Shown here: piece by piece, positions 55,251 to 64,000 of the stretch
Layout: each line of letters starts with the position of its first letter
How positions within the stretch are numbered: the first letter of the stretch is position 1
From: Octopus vulgaris
Lineage: Eukaryota
Assembly: GCA_951406725.2 (NCBI GenBank)
Contig: OX597836.1
Coordinates: 28,830,001-28,894,000, forward strand
Length of the DNA stretch: 64,000 nucleotides
Direction of reading: 5' to 3'
Program-made: the position numbers and the translations under genes
The notes under the pieces: model-generated
What the model was told of the DNA's origin: nothing
The model's database searches: none
Seen by the model: only the letters and a program-made list of their open reading frames with translations

Positions 55251-56836
55251 CAAACCCCCATTTTTAGGATCCACCCACTGCTGTGTCTCTTTGATATTCT
55301 GTGGGGGGGTTAATGTTAATATACATACATACACGCACACATACACACACATACAGTAAAGCTGCAAAATTATCCCTTAACTGTTACTCAGAGTTTCACG
55401 TTCCCTTTCGTCAGACAGTTACTATATTTTCCACCTTGTTTTGCATTTATATGCTCACGTGTGTCTGTGTGTATGCAGTAACCATGGGAGTACTCTCCTT
55501 TATTAATTATACTAAATGTCCTGTATTCAGTACTTCTTCATAAATTCAGACGTGTATATATAAACATTAAACAACCGTATATCACGCATTTGGAAATTAA
55601 TATAATGTTGACGTCCCACAGGCAAGCCTTCCATGTTTTCTTTCTAAACTGCTTTTTAACCCAATATTTGCACGCCGTCATTTATAGCTCTTCCACTTCG
55701 AGTTAAATAATTAAAAACGAAATATATATGTATAAAGATATAACGACCTTTACTCTCACTCTCTCTCTATCTGTTTGTCTGTCTGTCTCTAAATTATCTT
55801 CTAAACAATTTTTGTTCAAAACATACGACCACTTGGTGTGTGGCGAATCGAGTGTTCTAGTAGCAAGACATTAACTTCACAACTTCCTGCTTTACATTTT
55901 ACACGTTTATTTATATTTATATTGCCGTGCTTCTTTCTTGCTCTTGTGGTTTACTATTTATGCCATCCACGAAGATCTTTAGAATATTTTCCTGTTATGT
56001 TGTTATCTAGCTCCAGACCAGCCTTATTCAAAACCTATTTATCTGTGGCTACCTTGTGTTTTTGTTTGTCAAAGATTTGCTGTTTGTCGCAGGTCGATTG
56101 ACTACCCAAAATCTCCGTCCATTGGCTGTCAACACCACCCCTTTCGATACCAGTTATGCATTGGTGATAGATACTTCAATAACCAATACATAACCGATAA
56201 TGTTTCCAGTACTGGAAACAACCCTTCTGTTACCATATTTCTATTGAGATGCTCTGTGTTTTTTTCAATTAATTTTGAATATAACTAAAAATTTAGTAAA
56301 ATAACTTAGTTATCATCATTAAGCTAGTGTTAGGAATATAAATTGTGACTAAGGTTTGATGAATGATTATAATTCAGAACTTTTTGAAAACAAGACATTT
56401 GTACTACAGAGCCAGGTGGTATCAAAAGGGTTAAAGGCAAAAATTGATCAACACAAAAACTTAGCAGAATTTAGTTACATCAGTTTGTTCTGAGATCAAA
56501 TCCTACCATAGTCAACTTCACCTTTCATTTTTCCATTGTGTTAAAATGAGTACCAGCCAATTTGGTCAATTTAATCAGCAATTCCCTTTCCTGTCTTAAA
56601 ATTTGTAGACTTGAACCTACATGAGAAAATGTTATTAGTGTTATTATAGGAAGTTGATAAGAAGGTGAGCTTGCTAGACAAAATGATTAGTGGCATTTTG
56701 CCCATCTTTACATTCTGAGTTCAAATTCATCCTTTCAGGGTCAATAGAATATGTACTAGTTGCATACTGCGGTCATTGTAATGACTTACCACCTCCCCTG
56801 AAACTGCTGGCCTTGTACCAAAATTTGAAAGCATTA

Positions 56837-57181
56837 TTATAGGAAGTCAATGAGATGCCAGTGCTTGAAGCAAGGGTGCATCCATGATATCCTGTTACAT
56901 ATAGGGAGGCAGAAGATAGTGTTTGTAATCAGAAGGCTATATTCTGCACATGTCTGAAGAAGTAGCAGACCATTGATGTTGCAGCTACCTTCACCATGTT
57001 TTCCAGTCAATCCTTTCCAGGAGAGGCTACCACAGCCAACTCTTGCATTGAAATCATGAGAATAATGAGTTTTTTCTGAAAACAGCAGCAGCAGCAAGAC
57101 AATGTTCAAGTCTTCATAGAACTTGTTCTTGGTTTCATTTGGACTAGTCGTAATGGAAGCAACGATGATGAACTTCTTCAC
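56837..57181 (-). mobile_element. RTE APE endonuclease fragment (intron 1)
   Basis: KNKFYEDL...DFNARVG...NGLLLLQTCAEYSLLITNT...SWMHP..KHWHLIDF. Confidence 0.85.
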
Positions 57182-57374
57182 ACATGAAGCAGATAGCTGA
57201 GGACAGAGGCAAGTAGCAATCAGCCATCTGTAAGGCTATGCAAATCTGTGAAGCCAACAGGATTGTTGCAGCTGAGCAACACAGTTAAGATCAGAAGCCA
57301 TGAGAGCCACTGCCTGGTACTGCATTAGGGCATTATTATTGTTATTATTATTATTATTATAAAAAAAAAAAAAA

Positions 57375-57603
57375 ACACCATCCGAGCGTGGCCGTTTGCC
57401 AGCCTCGTCTGGCACCTGTGTCGGTGGCACATAAAATCACCCACTACACTCTCGGAGTGGTTGGCATTAGGAAGGGCATCCAGCTGTAGAAACACTGCCA
57501 GATCTGACTGGCCTGGTGCAGCCTTCGGGCTCCCCAGACCCCAGTTGAACCGTCCAACCCATGCTAGCATGGAAAGCGGACGTTAAATGATGATGATGAT
57601 GAT
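57375..57603 (+). mobile_element. SINE family D with RTE-like tail ending (GAT)n
   Basis: ...GGAAGGGCATCCAGC...CCCATGCTAGCATGGAAAGCGGACGTTAAATGATGATGAT. Related copies: ~25870-26080(-), 46950-47420(-), 53490-53940(-). Confidence 0.7.
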
Positions 57604-59529
57604 TATTATTATTATTTAAGCAGTGAACTGGCAGAATCATTCACATGCTGGACAAAATGCTTAACAGCATTTTACCTGTCATGTTCTGAGTTCAAATTTC
57701 ATCAAGGCTAACTTTGCCTTTTATCATAAATTGTGACTAAGGTTTGGTAGAAGATTTTAATTCAGAACTTTTGGAAACAAGACATTTGTACTCAGAGCCA
57801 CAGCCAGTTTCAGCTGGGTTGGTAACGAAAGGGAGCTTGAGACTGATATGGGGAAGGGATTGTTTCAAACATGATCTGGGAAGCACTCCGTCAGTTACGA
57901 CGACAAGGGTTCCGGTTGATCCGATCAACGGAACAGCCTGCTCGTGAAATTAACATGTAAGTGGCTGAGCACTCCACAGACACGTGTACCCTTAACGTAG
58001 TTCTTGGGGATATTCAGCGTGACACAGAGAGTGACAAGGTCGGCCCTTTGAAATACAGGTACAACAGAAACAGGAAGTAAGAGTGAGAGAAAGTTGTGAT
58101 GAAAGAGTACAGCAGGGATCACCACCATCCCTGCCGGAGCCTCATGGAGCTTTAGGTGTTTTTGCTCAATAAACACTCACAACGCCCAGTCTGGGAATCG
58201 AAACCGCGATCCTACGACCGCGAGTCCACTACCCTAACCACTGGGCCATTGCGCCGCCTTTCAAACATGATATTCCTCAACAGAAGATAGACTGATATGT
58301 AATACAAAACTGCTCCCCACATTTAAAAGCAATGAAAATTTGTGCAGATACATCTGATTTCTGCAGTAAAAAGGTTAAACCAAGAGACAGATTTACATCC
58401 TCCAAGAATAAGAAAGGGCTTGGCTCTCTGACAGGCTTCCACATAGTTTCCATCTCATCATTTCTGTTAAAAGGCTATGGTCGACCTGAAGCTATGGCAG
58501 AAAACACTTACCCAAGATACAACACAGGAAGAAGCTCAGAATTTCAAAATAAAATTCTTAACCAAAAAGCTATGCTTCCATCCACTTTGGGTTACAACCA
58601 AGCACCCAACAGCCACCCTCAGTGTTCTTCATCTGTTTTAAGTTACCCGAACCATTAATCACACCGTCTGCCGTTAGCTCTTATCACAGAAAATGAGTGT
58701 GTTATCAGTTACTTTTGCTCTTTCACATTTCACTTGCCTAAATTAGATCATCATTACACTAATTAGCATATCGTTATCTATCAACATTATCTATTAAATC
58801 TCCCCAATGGTTTAATCATCATCATCATCGTTGTGTCATTTGAAATTTCATGTTGCTCTAAAATGGATAAACAACTGATGGCTCAAAGGTCTGCAGATGC
58901 ATGTTAAGCAGACTCTTCTTCACTGCATGGTGAAGGTGCTACACTACAAGAATACTCGATCATAAGGTCACAAGTTCAAATCTCACATTTACACCCATTC
59001 TGTTTATAGTTCCTTCAGAACTTTGGAGATATTTCTATTTAAATAGAATCACCTCTAGAGTTCTGTAGGCTCTATAATCATAATGGACACAGACATGAGA
59101 TTCGATTAGGTAGATTTATACCGGACAACCTTTCAGCCTTTGGCTATAGTGATACCAAGACTTTTGTAACTTTTTGGTTTGCTCGGTTTTTTTTGGTTTT
59201 TTTTACTATATTTCTAATGAAATACATTACCTGTGATTCTCATTGAAATAATCTAACTTTATAATTAATCTGGTGTTTAAGATCTTGAGCTGGCAGAATC
59301 GTTTCCACACAGGACAAAATGCTTAGCAGCATTTCTTCGAGCTTCTTGTTCTGAGTTCAAATGACACCGTGGTCGATGATTTTTGCCTTTCAGCTTTTTG
59401 GATTCAATCAAATAAGTACCAATCAATCACTGGAGGTTGGTGTGATCACCTAGCCTTCTCCCCACCAAAAATTTCAAACCTTGTGCCTAAAATAGAAAGG
59501 ATTATTAAATATGGTGTTTGAAACATAAT

Positions 59530-59747
59530 TAAACCCTTTAGTATTTAAAACAACCATATCCGACCCAAACATTCTACATGTTTTATGTTCAAATGGCCTG
59601 ATCCAGCCTGTCACACTTACACTACAATGTCATTGTAAAAATACTCACACCATCAAAATCTCAAAGCTACAAGATGCATAATTAATTCAAAACAATGTGA
59701 ATAAGTATGTATTACATTTGACAGTAATCCGAATGCTAAAATGTTAA
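59530..59747. mobile_element. piggyBac-like MITE (degenerate); a similar terminus AAAGGGTTAA lies at ~56425-56434
   Basis: TTAAACCCTTTAGTATTT ... GAATGCTAAAATGTTAA termini. Confidence 0.4.
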
Positions 59748-59794
59748 TAGAATGTTCAGACATAAAATTCCAATGCAAAATGTTTAATTTAGAT

Positions 59795-60052
59795 CAGCGG
59801 TTCTCAACCAAGGTCCACATGGTCCTTGTGGGGTCCATATAAGATTTTGTTGTTAAAATTTATTTGCAATAAACTGGTTATACTTTTGCAGTACACAAAA
59901 TATTTTAACAACTTTTTCACACAATTCCTTATATTCAATTATTAAAATACAATAATGGGATTTTTTTTAAAACACCAAATGGCTATGAGGGTCCAGTAGC
60001 ATAAAATAGTAATCAAAGGGGTCCATAAGCAAAAAGTAGTTGAGAATCACTG
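59795..60052 (+). mobile_element. hAT/Charlie-like MITE (WASHC2 intron 1)
   Basis: CAGCGGTTCTCAAC ... GTTGAGAATCACTG TIRs. Confidence 0.65.
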
Positions 60053-60159
60053 TCTAAATTTTAAACTGTAACAATTCAAAATTGTTGTGCACAGAAAAAG
60101 CCAAGTCAGTTTCAAGTTGCTTGATATGAAAACTGTTAAAGACTAACCTGGAGATAGTC

Positions 60160-60800
60160 CTTTGTGAGCCGCTCTCCGGCTATCTATCTGCGGCTTTATA
60201 TAGCTATGGTAAGACCTCACCTGGAATTTGCATCACCGGTCTGGAACCCCTATCTTGCCCAGGATATCAATGGTCTGGAAGTCGTTCAGCGACGTGCAAC
60301 CAAAAGAATACCCTCCATCAGGCATTTGCCATATTCTGAATGCCTTACTTCCCTGGGCATGGACACATTGAAACTCCAACGTCTGGCAGCTGACTTGGCT
60401 GACACCCATAAAATTATCAACCATCTTACAAACAATAACTCTGAGCACCTTTTCGAACTCCACCCGTGGACATATTTACAAAGTCAGAAAACAGCTCAGC
60501 TCCCATGACTTTAGGAAACATTTTTTCACGCTGAGAGTTGTTGAAGCATGGAACAAACTACTGGCATCAGTTGTTTGTTGTCGGAGCACTGCATCCTTCA
60601 AAACTTCCATGCTTTCTGAGATTTGCCAACACTACACCTGATTTTCTCCCCTCCATACACACACAAGCATGTATCTGACTCCTACACTGTTCACTTTCCA
60701 GACATTTGTACATTACTGCATATACTTTATATGCACTTTCTGACAAGTTGTGGTGCACCTGAGCACTGTATTCAATAATTTCATTATTATTATTATTATT
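60160..60800 (+). mobile_element. CR1/L2-type LINE 3' end (intron 1)
   Basis: LYIAMVRPHLEFASPVWNPY..DI..LEVVQRRATK; ends in (ATT)n. Confidence 0.9.
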
Positions 60801-60881
60801 TAATGTACAGAGATAAGCAGATAAAATATCAGATGAGATGTAGGACAAAGGTTCACTTTTCTGTTTTGGTTTTTGTTACAG

Positions 60882-60983
60882 AATGATGATTCCAGTGTTG
60901 GCCCAAAGGTGTGGGAGCGACCTTGGACTATTGAGGAAATCAAAGCTGCTGCAGGAAAATGGTCCCTTGCTGGTGATGCTGGT
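60882..60983 (+). CDS. WASHC2: WASHC2/FAM21 coding exon 2: NDDSSVGPKVWERPWTIEEIKAAAGKWSLAGDAG
   Basis: Acceptor ttttgttacag|AAT and donor GGT|gtaaga. The translation matches the FAM21 N-terminal motif VWERPWSVEEI...WSLAADAG. Confidence 0.95.
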
Positions 60984-62612
60984 GTAAGAATTAAATTTTA
61001 ATGTCACTCTATTCTTACTTGCTTTCTTTAGTGATCTTTGTTATGTGTGTAAAGATTTATACTTAGTACTGATATCTCTGTTTAATATGTGTTTAAAGAT
61101 AATATGTGGTATTATTATCTGTTTGGTGTGTGTGTGTAAAGATAACACATAATATTGCTATGTGTGTAAGGATAATATGTAGTATTGATATCTGTATTTA
61201 ATATAATCTGTAAAGATTAAGGTGGCAGAATTGTTAGCATGCCAGGCAAAATGCTTAGAGGCATTTCATCTGTCTTTATGGTCTGAGTTCAAATTCTGCT
61301 GAGGTTGACTTTGCCTTTCATCCTTTCAGGGTCGATAAAATAAGCAGCAGTTGAACACTGGGGTTGATTTAATTGACTTACCCCTTCTCCCGAAATTGCT
61401 GTCCTTGTGCCAAAATTTGAAACCGATTTTTGTGTAAAGATTATGCTTTATACTAATGTTTATGTTTAATATGCATATAACAATAATATTTAGTACTGAT
61501 ATGTGTGTCTAATATATCGCTAATAAATATTACCACTGTTATTACAGCACTGTCTTTGCACTGTTATACTGTTGCTATGTTACCATGCTGTAGTACAGCC
61601 ACTGTACTGTATTACCATACAGTATCCCCTACTCTACTGTATTACCTTAGGGTGACCCCCTTTGGTCATGTATGACCATGGGATTGCACCTAGAAAGTTA
61701 CTCTCCAAGGTACAAGTCCAGGCAAAGTTGTTTATGGAAGACCATGCATACCCCCCCCCCCCCCCAACGCCACTGATGTTATCCAAGGGAAAGGCAAAGG
61801 CCAACACAGCTTGGCACCAGTGACATCATAACTCATTTCTTCAGCTGAGTGAACTGGAGCAAAGTGAAATAAAGTGTCTTGCTCAAGAACACAACATGCA
61901 GCCCAGTCCAGGAATTGAACTCACAACCTCACAATCATAAGCTCAACATTCTAACCACTGAGCCATGTGCCTTCACAATGTATTACCATAGGAACTTACT
62001 TAAATATGCTTGTTGCTGATCTCTGTATGTGTGTGTGATCAGATAATATATTAGTTGATCTCTGTGTGTGAGAAAAGGAAGAGAGAGAGAAAGAAGGAAA
62101 GAGAATACTTGTATCTGTTATACAGACTGTGAAGAGAGAGAGAAAGAAGGAAAGAGAATACTTGTATCTGTTATACAGACTGTGATGGTGTGTGGCTTAT
62201 TGGTTAGAGTTTCGGTTTACGATTGTAAGGTCGATGGTTCAATTCCCAGTGACAAATTGTGTCCTTGAGCAAGACACTTCATTTCATGTTGCCCCAGTCC
62301 CCTCAGATGGCAAAAATGAGCTGTGCCTGTAATTCAAGCATCGACTTTGTCACACTCAGTGTCATACTGAATTTCCCAAACAACTACATTAAGGGTATAC
62401 GTGTCTGTGGAGTACTCAGCCACTTACATGTTAATTTCACTAGCTGGTTGTTTTGTTGATCAGATGAACTGGAACCCTCATTGTCATAACCAACAAACTA
62501 CCAATTCACACACACACGCACGGTAGCTACCAGCAAACTTCAGAAGTAATCCTCTTCTCCACGTTCACCAAACCCACCCTCCTCTCACCAATTATCTTCT
62601 TTTTGCCAACAG

Positions 62613-62705
62613 CTGCTGCTCCATCTGCAGAACTTCTCCCAGACTATTTTATCAAAGACTCATGAGATTGAGAACCAGGTGAACAAACTCGTCAATGAAA
62701 CCAAG
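62613..62705 (+). CDS. WASHC2: WASHC2/FAM21 coding exon 3: LLLHLQNFSQTILSKTHEIENQVNKLVNETK
   Basis: Acceptor ttctttttgccaacag|CTG and donor AAG|gtacgg. Matches FAM21 [31 protein letters not shown]. Confidence 0.95.
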
Positions 62706-62964
62706 GTACGGTACACACTTAGAGCTTTTCTTTTTGTATTTTGCGTTCGGTACTACAATTGTTGTGCCACTGTATTACTGCATTACAGTGTTACCAAAGT
62801 ATGATCCACACTTGGAGAGGTCTTTTAGTTTTTACTTGCCATACTGTATGCCACTGTACTGTGTAATACAGTTCTGTCACTGTAATGCTGTTGTGTACTG
62901 TACTGTTGCACCATACTAGACTACAACTGTATTACCATAAGAACTTATTGTCCATAGCTTCAAC

Positions 62965-63400
62965 CATATCTCCATTCTCACTTACTAGTCCCCATTCTCA
63001 CACTCACCAGTCCCCATTCTCACACTCACCAGACTGCACTCACATTCACCAGTCTCCACTCACATTCACCAGTCTCCACTCACACTTGCCAGTCTCCACT
63101 CACATTTACCAGTCTCCACTCACACTTATCAGTTTCCATTCACAATTACCAGTCTCCACTCAAACTCACCAGTCTCCACTCAAACTCACCTGTCTCCACT
63201 CAAACTCACCTGTCTCCACTCACACTGACCAGTCTCCATTCACACTGACCAGTCTCCACTCACACCAGTCTCTATTCTCACTCACCAGTCTCTACTCACA
63301 CTTAAGCTTCCATTCTCACTCACCAGTCTCTACTCACACTTAAGCTTCCATTCTCTCTCACCAGTCTCCATTCTCTCTCACCAGTCTCCACTCACACTTA
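62965..63400. repeat. Minisatellite, ~20-bp unit, in WASHC2 intron 3
   Basis: (CACCAGTCTCCACTCACACT)n with variants. Confidence 0.9.
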
Positions 63401-63459
63401 CCACACTTCACACCTCAACCAGTGCATATCTCATGTAGTCTTTCTTCTCTCTCCCTCAG

Positions 63460-63531
63460 AGCACCGGAGTCAAAGTGAATAATGTCTTCAATGATTTCAT
63501 TATGCTGGCCAACTCACAGTTTGTGGAAAAC
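63460..63531 (+). CDS. WASHC2: WASHC2/FAM21 coding exon 4: STGVKVNNVFNDFIMLANSQFVEN (gene continues beyond window)
   Basis: Acceptor tttcttctctctccctcag|AGC and donor AAC|gtaatg. Matches FAM21 ...HNVFNDFLMLSNTQFIEN. Confidence 0.95.
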
Positions 63532-64000
63532 GTAATGTATCCTTAATCCCTTAATCTTTTCTACTTCTTTTTTTTCCTTTATGGACATAGAGGTACATGG
63601 AAAAAAGCATGCATGCATAATCATCATCATTTAACATCAAAGCCAAAGTATTTGTCAAGAATAGTTTGACTGTGACTTCGAAGTTTCGGCCTGCTTATCC
63701 TTCAGCGGACACAGTCCAAAACTTCAAAGTCACTGTCAACACCCCCTCCTTTCTGTTGGGAGGCACAAGCACTTTCACACACATGTATACACACACATGT
63801 ATACACACGACGGGAAGCTCCACCTGCTCAATTCAATTACAATGTTTCAGTCGGCCCAAGGCTATAGCAGAAGACACTTGCCCAGGGTGCCATTCAGTAG
63901 GACTGAACCTGAAACCATGTCGCTGAGAAGCAAGCTTCCTAACCATTCTTGTGAAAGAATAATCATCATCATTGTTTGACCGTGGTCGAGACAATGGAAT

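Overview
AT-rich animal genomic DNA, very dense in microsatellites. The SINE repertoire and simple repeats point to a coleoid cephalopod, most likely Octopus (inference). Almost all ORFs in the track are microsatellite or transposon-relic artefacts. One host gene is clearly recognisable: the first four coding exons of WASHC2/FAM21 (WASH complex subunit 2) on the + strand (54811-54891, 60882-60983, 62613-62705, 63460-63531), all phase 0 with GT-AG introns; the gene runs off the right edge. The rest is a mosaic of at least four SINE families, LINE relics (RTE, CR1/L2, R4/Dong-like RLE elements), Penelope-like element (PLE) RT and GIY-YIG fragments, Helitrons and several MITE families. The most notable hidden layer is a set of type I hammerhead-ribozyme motifs from about five different repeat families, several in PLE-style divergent inverted duplications. 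One of these is an apparent tRNA-headed (Pol III) SINE whose tail carries an intact minimal hammerhead (23072-23304). CpG decay in repeat copies records gene-body methylation and hints at an unrecognised transcription unit upstream of the WASHC2 promoter. Repeat boundaries are read by eye and approximate unless termini are quoted.
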